Origin: Acidimicrobiia bacterium
GTDB taxonomy: Bacteria; Actinomycetota; Acidimicrobiia; IMCC26256; JBARPG01
DNA: 24,968 nucleotides
Assembly: GCA_049642885.1 (NCBI GenBank)
Contig: JBARPG010000245.1
Span: 1 to 24,968 of the forward strand
Direction: 5' to 3'
The position numbers and the translations under genes are program-made. Below, in pieces: positions 17,299-24,968 of this stretch. Positions within the stretch are counted from its first letter, which is position 1. The number at the start of each line of letters is the position of its first letter. Below the pieces are notes generated by a model. It was not told the DNA's origin and searched no databases. It saw only the letters and a program-made list of their open reading frames with translations.

Positions 17299-18011
17299 TT
17301 GAGGCACCCTCCGCCGCGGAATGTATCGAGCACATCTTCGGGAACTTCGACGCGTTTCGCGAGGTTGCCGCGGCGACCCCTGAGTCCGCTGCGATTCCCA
17401 GCTGCCCTAACTGGGACATGGCCGCGCTGCTCAAACACATGTGTGATGTCGGCGCGTTCTGGAATGCAGTGATCGACGCGGACGGCGAAGTCCCCGGACC
17501 GAGCGAACCCGCCCAACAGCTCATCGAAGGGCTTGAGCTTTTCGACACCGCCATTGCAGGGCTGAAACATCGGTTCGCGAGCCTGCCCGGATCGACGCCG
17601 ATCTGGACATGGCTCGGATCGCGCCCATTGGTCCCGTGGCTGACTCGTCGTCTTGTCGCAGAGACTTCCCTGCACCTCTGGGATGCACAGGGAGCAACTC
17701 CGAGCGGTCCGAATCCTGTTGACCCGGTGTTTGCTGCCGACGGGATCGATGAGTATTTCGAGACGATTTCCTTCACCGCAGCACCGGCATCCTCAGTCCA
17801 CATGCATGCGACCGATATCGACGGAGAATGGAGCATCACCGCGGGCGAGGACGGCGCTCGAGTCGTCACCCATGATCACACCAAGGCTGACGTTGCCGTG
17901 CGCGGTTCGGCCTCTGACCTGTTGCTCTTGTTGTGGGGTCGATGCGATCTCGGCACACTTGAGGTGTTTGGCGATGCGAGTGTTGTTACCGACTGGCTGA
18001 AACCCGTTTAA
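17295..18011 (+). CDS. Mycothiol-dependent maleylpyruvate isomerase N-terminal-domain family protein (TIGR03083 / DinB_2-like)
   Basis: The N-terminus shows the DinB_2-like pattern. A C-terminal ..[18 protein letters not shown].. block is characteristic of the TIGR03083 actinobacterial family. Its start overlaps the purE stop (ATGA). Confidence 0.65.
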   Translation: MIEAPSAAECIEHIFGNFDAFREVAAATPESAAIPSCPNWDMAALLKHMCDVGAFWNAVIDADGEVPGPSEPAQQLIEGLELFDTAIAGLKHRFASLPGSTPIWTWLGSRPLVPWLTRRLVAETSLHLWDAQGATPSGPNPVDPVFAADGIDEYFETISFTAAPASSVHMHATDIDGEWSITAGEDGARVVTHDHTKADVAVRGSASDLLLLLWGRCDLGTLEVFGDASVVTDWLKPV

Positions 18012-18847
18012 GACGTCGCCGCCAACATCGTTCCGGTAATGCATCGGCGGTTGCCCGCGTCGGCGTCGAGGATGTTCACTTCGTACAGCGTGGTCGCCGC
18101 GGTCGCGTTCAACACGATTGCGGTCACCGTCATGTGCTCCGAGCGCACTGGCGCGAGGTAGTGCAACGCAGCATCGACAATCGTCATGTCAGCATTCGCC
18201 GCCTCAATCAGGCCGACAACCGCGGCGGGCCCGACGCCTCCGTGCGCAATGCCCCACGGGTTCCGATGCTTCTGTTCGAGGTGCACCCGACCTTCGAGCA
18301 TCGGACCGGAAGCACCGACGGCCTCAAGGCCAATCCATTCGAGGAAATGCTGACTGCTTTCCTCCGGTGAGAGTGGGGTCGGTTCCATCGCAATGGGTCG
18401 ATCCCAGGTTGGGAGTCCGCTCTCGGGGCTCAACACCGCCGAGGTCAACACGCCATCGCCAAAGATTTGCCCGTCAGCTTCAAATGCGATCTTCGTGACA
18501 ACGGCTCGACGACCACGCCGCAACACATTGGCGGCTGTCGTTGCGCGTTCGCCAGTGAAACCGCAGAGCCGGCGATATCGCAGGTTTGTTGTGACCACCC
18601 AGCCGTCGGGCAGGGATGCGAGCCCCGCGGTAAAGCCCCCGATGTTGTCGAGAATCGCAATGGCCGCGCCCGCCCACAGGCTGCCATCAGCACCGCGCAA
18701 TCCGGGTCGGTTGAGAATGTCACCGCGCATGCGAATGAATTCGCGCTCGTCACGATCACTCGTGCTCGGTTGTTCAGTTGGCAGCTCATGGGTTGCAACT
18801 TGGAGGAACTTGCCCACCGTCGGGTCATCTAGATTCGGGAGCTTCAT
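18008..18847 (-). CDS. Tandem hotdog-fold (PaaI-like) thioesterase, paralog B
   Basis: The C-terminal domain has the PaaI HGG motif (NPWGIAHGGVGPAAVVGLIEAA). The N-terminal half is a degenerate hotdog (GSLWAGAAIAILDNIGGF). It has a 4-nt overlap with the upstream paralog. Confidence 0.65.
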   Translation of the reverse strand: MKLPNLDDPTVGKFLQVATHELPTEQPSTSDRDEREFIRMRGDILNRPGLRGADGSLWAGAAIAILDNIGGFTAGLASLPDGWVVTTNLRYRRLCGFTGERATTAANVLRRGRRAVVTKIAFEADGQIFGDGVLTSAVLSPESGLPTWDRPIAMEPTPLSPEESSQHFLEWIGLEAVGASGPMLEGRVHLEQKHRNPWGIAHGGVGPAAVVGLIEAANADMTIVDAALHYLAPVRSEHMTVTAIVLNATAATTLYEVNILDADAGNRRCITGTMLAATS

Positions 18848-19743
18848 ATGCGCTCCTCTTCATTCAGCGCGTATCGAATCCAGCCATGAGCGGTGGTGCG
18901 CTCCGCGCCCTCATCCCGGACTTCGACCGTTGTCGCCGCGATGCACTCGTCGATCGATGCAACCTCGGACTGTACGAACACGGGACCAATCGTGTTCCGC
19001 GCGATGTAGGTGAGGCTCAACGCAGTGGCACGAAACGGCACTGCGGGTTCGATGGCGTGCAGCGCATCTTCAGCGGCAGCATCCATGAGCAGTGCGACCG
19101 CGCCGCCATGCATCGCGTCGAGGGTGTTGCGCGAGTAGGCAGTGATCGGGCTGCGCACCGCGCCGGTACCCTCGGCAGTCGCCCCGAGGCATTCGAGAAT
19201 CGCAAGCCTGCCGCCGTCGGTATCGCCCAGACTCCTACGGCCGGTTGGTTGTTCCTCGTGCATGATCGGATTTCCATCACGGCCCGGGAGCACCGCAAAC
19301 GTGAGGTATCCCCGACCGCAGGTCTGCGCATCAGATTCGGTCACGAGATCAACCTGCAACACGACCGTGGAGCGTCCCGAGCGCAAGGTCGTGCCCTCGG
19401 CTCGAATCCACCCCTCTGACCACGGCCCAAACAGTTCGAGCGCAAGGTCTGCGGTGGCCATCCATCCCGGTGCTACGAGTGGCCCCGCGATCGCCCCGCC
19501 CACGCAATCAATAAGTGCAGCAACGGCGCCGATACGGCCCGTGCCGTCGTGAAGTTGGACAGCCGTTCGCATGGGAATCCATCCGCGGGCGCGACCGACT
19601 TCGACATGCTCAATGTCGACTCCAAGGTCGCGCAGGAGATGGCGCGGCGGCGGATACTCCGAGTTGGGACTCAGGTGGACCAACGCGGCAGCGATCAGTC
19701 GCTCGCCATGGCTGCCAACACGTTCATACGTGAGGCTCTCCAC
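18844..19743 (-). CDS. Tandem hotdog-fold (PaaI-like) thioesterase, paralog A
   Basis: A C-terminal HGG motif (NTLDAMHGGAVALLMDAAAE) and an N-terminal degenerate hotdog (GRIGAVAALIDCVGGAI) are present. The maximal ORF overlaps the permease 3' end by 49 nt, so the true start is probably downstream. Confidence 0.65.
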   Translation of the reverse strand: MESLTYERVGSHGERLIAAALVHLSPNSEYPPPRHLLRDLGVDIEHVEVGRARGWIPMRTAVQLHDGTGRIGAVAALIDCVGGAIAGPLVAPGWMATADLALELFGPWSEGWIRAEGTTLRSGRSTVVLQVDLVTESDAQTCGRGYLTFAVLPGRDGNPIMHEEQPTGRRSLGDTDGGRLAILECLGATAEGTGAVRSPITAYSRNTLDAMHGGAVALLMDAAAEDALHAIEPAVPFRATALSLTYIARNTIGPVFVQSEVASIDECIAATTVEVRDEGAERTTAHGWIRYALNEEERI

Positions 19744-22397
19744 GCAGGCACGATCGACGCAATGACACCAAAGATCGCACCGGCAAGCACGATCAAGACA
19801 ACTGATACCGTCGGGATCTCAAAGACCTTCAAGTCCTCGCTGACGAGCGTCGCCATAACGGCCCAGGCACCAAAGAGACCGGCCCCAACACCAAGCACCG
19901 TGCCGATCACTGACATGACCACGGCCTCCCAACGAATCATCGAGCGCACCTGCCGACGACTCATTCCGACGCCTCGAAGCAATGCGATTTCCCGCTGTCG
20001 TTCGAATATCGCAAGGCTCAGCGTGTTCACAATCCCGAGCACGGCAATGACCAAAGCAAGCGCAAGCATGACGAATAGGAATCCAAGGAAGGAATTGATT
20101 TGGTCGGCTTGCTTCTTTTTGAACTCACCGAGGCTTGCGACAATCGCACTCGGCGCAATGGTTCGAAGCTCCTTCTCGAGGGTTTTTTGGATCGGAGCGA
20201 CCGGCGCGCCCGGCTTCACGCTGATGTACCCAAAGGTGTACGCGACCGGGACGTTGGCCGTCCGAGTGAAGCGCTCAGCGACGTACACGTCGCCGAATAA
20301 TCGAAAGTCATATCGGGCTCCGATTTTGACCGTCGTGGATGCTTCACTACGAGCGAATTTCACAGTCACTTCATCGCCGACCTTGAGGCCTAGCTTCGAC
20401 ATGAGCTTCGTGCTCATCGCCAGACCGCCCGCGTCGGCCTTAGCGAAGCTGCCTTCCTGAATGTCGTAGTCAGTGAGATCGCTCAGTTTCGCTAAGTCCC
20501 CAACTCCAGCGATGTACGCCGTCGGTATTGACCTGCCCGAAGGGTTCTGGCCGGCTGCACCGGGTTCCGGGGTTGCCTGAATCGGTTTCCGATCGCGCTC
20601 CAACTCAATAAGCGTCGTTCCGATACCCACGGCTGACATGACTCCGGGCGTACCCTCCGCGATCGTCAGGATCTTGGGGTCAAAGCCCTGCGATGTCTGC
20701 TGTGTGGCTTGGACATTTCCATCTTGGATGATCAAGTCACCCCGTACTGATTGATCAATGATCTGGTTGAACGATGCCTGAATGGAGTTAATGGCGACCA
20801 CCATGAAGGTGACGAGCGTCAGCCCGACCATCAGCGCGCTTGCTGTCCGACCCGTTCTGCGCGGACTGCGCGCCGCGTTGTCGGCGGCAATATGTGCGGA
20901 CACGCCACGCAGCTTCCGAACGAGGCCCCGCAGAAGAACCGCAATCGGTTTCACCAATATCGGCAGCAGGACGATGGCGGCGCCTGCGACGAGCACGAGA
21001 CCGACTGCTGCGAAGACGGTGTCGTAATCGGGTTCAGTCCACGCAGCCCGAATCGTGATGAATGCTCCGAGCAGCATCCCGATCACGCCCAAAGCCGAGC
21101 GGAGTTTGAGGCCGCGCTGCCGCTCGAAAGCAGTAACCGACAACGCTGCGATCGGGGGGATGCGCGAGGCGTGGATCGCGGGAGCCAGCGCGGATACCGC
21201 CGTAACGAGCAACCCGACGACAAAGCCGATCAGAACGGTCGATGAATTCAAGACGAGTGGAGTGGGCGGTATCCCGCCGCCGCCTGTTCGGAACACCGCC
21301 AGCAGCAGATTCGCGAGACCAAGACCGATTCCGAGTCCGACTGCTGATGCGATGAGGCCAATCATCAGCGCTTCAAGACCAACGGACCACAAGATTTGGG
21401 ATCCACGAGCACCAATCGCGCGAAAGAGCGCCAGCTCACGCGTTCGTTGCGCCACGATGATCGCGAAAGAGTTGTAGATAATGAACACCGAAACAAGGAT
21501 CGAAATCACGGCGAACGCAAGCAAGAAGATTGTGAAGAACTTCAGTTGCGACCCGACGCGCTCCTTCTGGTCTGCTGCCGCCTGGTTGCCCGTCAGAACG
21601 GTGACACCTTTTCCGCTCAGGGCCTCGCGGACCTTCGCAGCGAGCGCGGTCCGACTCAGCGAGCCATCGCCACTCACAATGAACTGGTTGGCGCGTTGCT
21701 CGCCTGAGGTCGCAATGGTCGACTGAAAGAGCTCCTGTGCCTTACGCGCGGTGAATATCGCCGAAGTCGAGCCCACTGCGCTGTCGGCGGATCCAAAGCG
21801 TGCAATCCCAACAACCCTGTATTCCTCAGACGCGCTCAGGACACGGACCGAGATCATTTCGCCAAGATCGATCCCGTTCGCCTTCGCGACTCCAAGGTCG
21901 ACGACGACTTCACCGTCCTTTCGTGGCGGCTTTCCGCTCGCAATTCTGAACTGGTTCATATTGGGATCATCGTTCCATTCGAAGCCGAATTGGGGGGCTC
22001 CCTGCTCGCGGTTGTCCCGAACCGCAACCCAACGCTTGGTGGAGGTCCCGTTCTCGCGGACGGTCTTGGATACCGAGATTTCTGCGTTGAAGAGGTACGT
22101 CGCCGCGACCCGTTCCACGCCTGGAACACGCTCAATCAGCTTGGACAGTGCGATCGGAGGGTTCGACCGCAACTCAAGCGTCTGCGGCCCGCCTTCCACC
22201 TTCGAAATCGTTTCACCCTGCACCACGACGTCCACCGTCGAATACAGCTTCGTGTACAGATCATCGAGGGACTTTCGGATTGTGTCAGACACGGTGAGCA
22301 CGCCTGTGAGAAAGGACACCCCGAGCATGATCGAGGTCGCTGTCAGGAAATAGCGCCACTTCTTGGCCCACAACCCTTTGAGCGCGACTTTCAGCAT
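19695..22397 (-). CDS. ABC transporter permease with two FtsX-like domains (MacB/DevC-type, about 900 aa)
   Basis: The N-terminus MLKVALKGLWAKKWRYFLTATSIMLGVSFL is the FtsX/MacB permease signature. Two 4-TM bundles are each preceded by a large extracytoplasmic domain. Confidence 0.85.
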   Translation of the reverse strand: MLKVALKGLWAKKWRYFLTATSIMLGVSFLTGVLTVSDTIRKSLDDLYTKLYSTVDVVVQGETISKVEGGPQTLELRSNPPIALSKLIERVPGVERVAATYLFNAEISVSKTVRENGTSTKRWVAVRDNREQGAPQFGFEWNDDPNMNQFRIASGKPPRKDGEVVVDLGVAKANGIDLGEMISVRVLSASEEYRVVGIARFGSADSAVGSTSAIFTARKAQELFQSTIATSGEQRANQFIVSGDGSLSRTALAAKVREALSGKGVTVLTGNQAAADQKERVGSQLKFFTIFLLAFAVISILVSVFIIYNSFAIIVAQRTRELALFRAIGARGSQILWSVGLEALMIGLIASAVGLGIGLGLANLLLAVFRTGGGGIPPTPLVLNSSTVLIGFVVGLLVTAVSALAPAIHASRIPPIAALSVTAFERQRGLKLRSALGVIGMLLGAFITIRAAWTEPDYDTVFAAVGLVLVAGAAIVLLPILVKPIAVLLRGLVRKLRGVSAHIAADNAARSPRRTGRTASALMVGLTLVTFMVVAINSIQASFNQIIDQSVRGDLIIQDGNVQATQQTSQGFDPKILTIAEGTPGVMSAVGIGTTLIELERDRKPIQATPEPGAAGQNPSGRSIPTAYIAGVGDLAKLSDLTDYDIQEGSFAKADAGGLAMSTKLMSKLGLKVGDEVTVKFARSEASTTVKIGARYDFRLFGDVYVAERFTRTANVPVAYTFGYISVKPGAPVAPIQKTLEKELRTIAPSAIVASLGEFKKKQADQINSFLGFLFVMLALALVIAVLGIVNTLSLAIFERQREIALLRGVGMSRRQVRSMIRWEAVVMSVIGTVLGVGAGLFGAWAVMATLVSEDLKVFEIPTVSVVLIVLAGAIFGVIASIVPAWRASRMNVLAAMASD

Positions 22398-22400
22398 CGG

Positions 22401-23144
22401 TCAGCCGCCGAGGGATTTGATGTGGTCCAACACGCGCTCCGCTGTTGGATCAACCATCTCATCGACGACACGGCCGTCTGCCAAGAACACGGCACGGTCG
22501 GCGTACCCAGCGGCGACAGGATCGTGGGTCACCATCACGATGGTCTGGTGAAACTCATCGACCGCGTGGCGCATGAATCCGAGGATTTCCGCTCCGGCTT
22601 TTGAGTCAAGATTGCCCGTCGGCTCGTCGGCGAAAATGATCTTCGGCCTGCTCGCCAATGCACGAGCCACGGCCACACGCTGTTGTTGACCACCCGAAAG
22701 TTCACTGGGACGATGCGCGACGCGATTGCCGATTCCAAGTGTGCCAATCACGTGATCGACCCACGCGCCATCTGGCTTACGGCCTGCCAGGCTCATCGGC
22801 AGCACGATGTTCTCGTAGCCCGTGAGGGTCGGAATGAGGTTGAAGGACTGAAACACAAACCCGATCTGATCCCGCCGCAGCAGGGTCAAGGCTCGTTCGT
22901 TGAGACTCGTCAGGTTGGTATCGCCAATGAACGTCGCGCCACGCGTGAGCGAGTCGAGCCCGGCCATGCAGTGCAACAAAGTGGACTTGCCGGAGCCCGA
23001 TGGGCCCATGATCGCGCTGAACTTCCCAAGCTCAAACTGAACGGAGACGCCGTCGAGCGCGCGGACCTCTGCCTCGCCCTCACCATAAATCTTGTAGGCG
23101 TCTACACATTGTGCGGCAGCCGTGATGGTTGTCGTGGCAGTCAT
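22401..23144 (-). CDS. ABC transporter ATP-binding protein (MacB/LolD-type)
   Basis: Walker A GPSGSGKST, the ABC signature LSGGQQQRVAVARAL, Walker B IIFADEPT and an H-loop are present. It has a 4-nt overlap with the lgt stop. Confidence 0.9.
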   Translation of the reverse strand: MTATTTITAAAQCVDAYKIYGEGEAEVRALDGVSVQFELGKFSAIMGPSGSGKSTLLHCMAGLDSLTRGATFIGDTNLTSLNERALTLLRRDQIGFVFQSFNLIPTLTGYENIVLPMSLAGRKPDGAWVDHVIGTLGIGNRVAHRPSELSGGQQQRVAVARALASRPKIIFADEPTGNLDSKAGAEILGFMRHAVDEFHQTIVMVTHDPVAAGYADRAVFLADGRVVDEMVDPTAERVLDHIKSLGG

Positions 23145-24001
23145 TCTCCTGGCCTTTCGGTAGTCGTCTTCTCAATCGCGATTGGTCCGGGCGTGCCGTC
23201 GGCTTGCACGGGCCATTCCCTGCCCTTGCGCCCGTAGTAGAGGAAGCCGGCGACACCCAGCACGAAAAAGCCGAGGCTGATCCATGCGTTGATACGCATT
23301 GGCCCGATCTTGCGAGCGTTATCGATGCGTAGGTTCTCGAAGCCGAAACGACCGACGGTGTACAGGGCGACGTATGCAAACACCGACTGGCCGATCTTCC
23401 AATTCATGCGGCGCTCCAGGGAGATGATGATCGCGAACATCGCGATGCACCACAACGACTCGTACAAAAAGGTCGGGTGGAATGTTGCGTATTGGATGTA
23501 CCCGACGGGACGATGTTTTGGTGAAATTTCCAAAGCCCACGAGGCATTTAGCGGCTTACCGAAGAGCTCCTGGTTCGCGTAGTTCCCCCAACGACCGATG
23601 GCTTGCGCCAAAAGAATTGCCGGCCCAAGGCAATCCGCAATCATGAGCGTCGGGAGTTTGCGTTTCCGGGCAATTACAACGAGCGCAGCGGCTCCCCCGA
23701 GAACCGCGCCCCAGATCGAGAGTCCGCCATTCCACACGTACAGGATCTTCATCGGATTATTCGGGATATAGGTCTCGTAATCCGTCGCGACGTGGTAGAG
23801 CCGGGCCCCAATGGCTCCGAAGATCACGAGCAGAAAGGCAATATCGCCAATCGTCTCTTTGTCGCCGCCACGCTTCCGCCAGCGCCGATCGCCAACCGTC
23901 GTCGCAACGACCACACCAATTGCAATCAGAATCCCGTACAGGTGGACAGGTCCCAGCTTGCCGTTCTCGGGAGAGGGAATCGAACCGATCAAATCGAGCA
24001 T
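23141..24001 (-). CDS. lgt: Prolipoprotein diacylglyceryl transferase
   Basis: The Lgt signature GRWGNYANQELFG and the N-terminus IPSPENGKLGPVHLYG (compare mycobacterial IPSPPRGVWYLGP) are present. The track start at 24049 is TTG, and the ATG at 24001 (MLDLIGSIPSP) fits the family better. Confidence 0.85.
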   Translation of the reverse strand: MLDLIGSIPSPENGKLGPVHLYGILIAIGVVVATTVGDRRWRKRGGDKETIGDIAFLLVIFGAIGARLYHVATDYETYIPNNPMKILYVWNGGLSIWGAVLGGAAALVVIARKRKLPTLMIADCLGPAILLAQAIGRWGNYANQELFGKPLNASWALEISPKHRPVGYIQYATFHPTFLYESLWCIAMFAIIISLERRMNWKIGQSVFAYVALYTVGRFGFENLRIDNARKIGPMRINAWISLGFFVLGVAGFLYYGRKGREWPVQADGTPGPIAIEKTTTERPGE

Positions 24002-24173
24002 TTGGATATCGTAAGGGGAAATGAACGGTCGCCAGGTTTCGGCGACCAATCACTCGAGCCATTGTCGAAGGAATTGCGTTTCGGGAATTTTGCACACCTG
24101 AGGTCGATGTTCGGATTGCGACTCCAGGCGCGCGTCATTTCTGCCGATATGAAACGTCAAAGCAATGAAGACT

Positions 24174-24180
24174 GAGGAGG
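24174..24180 (+). promoter_or_regulatory. Strong Shine-Dalgarno GAGGAGG 8 nt upstream of the ATG at 24189
   Basis: The sequence reads actGAGGAGGcggtgaccATGttcgg. Confidence 0.5.
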
Positions 24181-24188
24181 CGGTGACC

Positions 24189-24380
24189 ATGTTCGGAAAG
24201 CACAAGAACAAGAAGTCAGATGCAGACGAGTTCGAGTACGCGTCTGGAGAGTCATCCCTTGACGCGATCGTTATGCAGCACGTGCCAGACCACTTGACCG
24301 CGGTTCCGCGTGGACGCGACGCTCGTATGCATCCCGACGAACAGCCCCTCATCTCTCTCCCCGAGGCTGAAAGCGCGTAG
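24189..24380 (+). CDS. Small hypothetical protein (63 aa), Lys-rich N-terminus, no recognisable family
   Basis: It is preceded by a perfect SD. The product is MFGKHKNKKSDADEFEYASGESSLDAIVMQHVPDHL... It may not be real. Confidence 0.25.
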   Translation: MFGKHKNKKSDADEFEYASGESSLDAIVMQHVPDHLTAVPRGRDARMHPDEQPLISLPEAESA

Positions 24381-24539
24381 CGCTCCTCGTCCCAGCCGAG
24401 CGATTCACACCTGCCATTCGCAATACTCGGCATCGCTTCTTCCACAATTCCTCCGCTGGCAGGTCCGCTGGCACGTTGTCCATTCACGATCACCCCACAT
24501 ACCGGTCGGCGCATCCAGCGCCCCAATGTGGAGGCGGAA

Positions 24540-24968
24540 ATGGCACTCACTCAACAACGGCTCGACGCGGATTGGATCATCTTCTGCGACCGAGCGTCAA
24601 CGCGACAGTCAGTCTGCGCCTGGAAGGCCGACCATCGTCTCGCAGCATTTGAGAACCCCCGCGATGTCATTGTCGCGACTCAACGTGGGCGCGATGCAGA
24701 TCGCTCTGAGCTGATTCTCCGCGCCCTCGCCGAACGCGCCCCGGGCGACACAGTCGCGGCCCGCACCCTGCTGCAAGTACTGCTTCCAGGCCTGCGAACG
24801 GTGGCGCGCAAATTCCAGTATCGAATTGGCGATGACGCACTCGCGATCGCTGTCGGTGAGGCCGCGATTCGCATATCCGGTGGCGTACCTGCGCGCCGCC
24901 CGGGCCGCGTGGCCGCGAATGTTGTGATGGACGCACGCGCTGCGCTCATTCGTGCAGTGAACGGTCCG
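24540..24968 (+). CDS. Hypothetical protein, N-terminal fragment (runs off the right edge)
   Basis: An ATG at 24540 is preceded by GTGGAGG with a 5-nt spacer. The frame is open for 143 codons to the window end (MALTQQRLDADWIIFCDRAS...RTLLQVLLPGLRTVARKFQYRIGDDALAIAVGEAAIRI...). Third-position GC is similar to neighbouring genes. It is not in the track because it is unterminated. Confidence 0.3.
   Translation, partial: MALTQQRLDADWIIFCDRASTRQSVCAWKADHRLAAFENPRDVIVATQRGRDADRSELILRALAERAPGDTVAARTLLQVLLPGLRTVARKFQYRIGDDALAIAVGEAAIRISGGVPARRPGRVAANVVMDARAALIRAVNGP

Noticed and set aside
16976-17869. 297-aa minus-strand ORF across purE and the MDMPI-like gene
   Set aside because: It overlaps two sense genes with clear family signatures and spans their ATGA junction. 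It is Ser/Ala/Arg/Pro-rich.
19549-20460. 303-aa plus-strand ORF, and others (20751..21245, 21751..22353, 21990..22604, 22683..23237), antisense to the ABC permease/ATPase
   Set aside because: The sense strand encodes canonical FtsX permease and Walker A/B/signature motifs. The antisense products are low-complexity.
24050-24550. 166-aa minus-strand ORF in the lgt-upstream region
   Set aside because: It has no RBS or family, and it overlaps the small ORF that does have a strong SD on the other strand. It is probably spurious, though not excluded.
1-24968. Searched for CRISPR repeats, tRNA/rRNA, transposase/integrase or phage genes, and riboswitches (for example SAM upstream of metF)
   Set aside because: There are no regularly spaced direct repeats, no tRNA-like cloverleaf signatures in the small gaps, and no recombinase-like ORFs. 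The metF upstream region shows no recognisable riboswitch consensus.

Overview
This is a gene-dense, high-GC (about 60% by eye) window of Actinomycetota type. Supporting signs are GTG/TTG starts, many ATGA/TTAA stop-start overlaps, an MMPL transporter, a fatty-acyl-AMP ligase, a mycothiol-type MDMPI/DinB-like gene, and the actinobacteria-specific histidine phosphatase / DUF3090 / SCO1664 trio. I see no rRNA, tRNA, CRISPR array, transposase or integrase.

Coding content, left to right:
- A partial, secreted, multi-blade Vgb-like beta-propeller/Ig-domain protein on the minus strand. It is not in the ORF track because it runs off the left edge.
- An unusually long flotillin/SPFH protein carrying internal 33-bp tandem repeats, then tpx, metF and a dienelactone hydrolase.
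- An F420-hydrogenase-beta-like (FrhB-like) Fe-S flavoprotein next to an orphan FAAL.
- The conserved PI3/4-kinase-like (SCO1664) / DUF3090 / histidine-phosphatase operon, a small conserved hypothetical, an AlkD-like DNA alkylation repair protein, gmd and panD.
- An MMPL transporter translationally coupled to panD, then purE coupled to an MDMPI-like gene.
- A minus-strand operon of lgt, a MacB-type ABC ATPase, a two-FtsX-domain permease, and two paralogous tandem-hotdog (PaaI-like) thioesterases.
- A small SD-preceded ORF and a partial ORF at the right edge.

The most notable candidates for uncharacterised biology are the FrhB-like/FAAL pair, the kinase-like/DUF3090/phosphatase trio, the lgt-ABC-double-hotdog operon, and the long flotillin with the secreted propeller protein. 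Most of the long ORFs in the six-frame track that lie antisense to these genes are high-GC artefacts.
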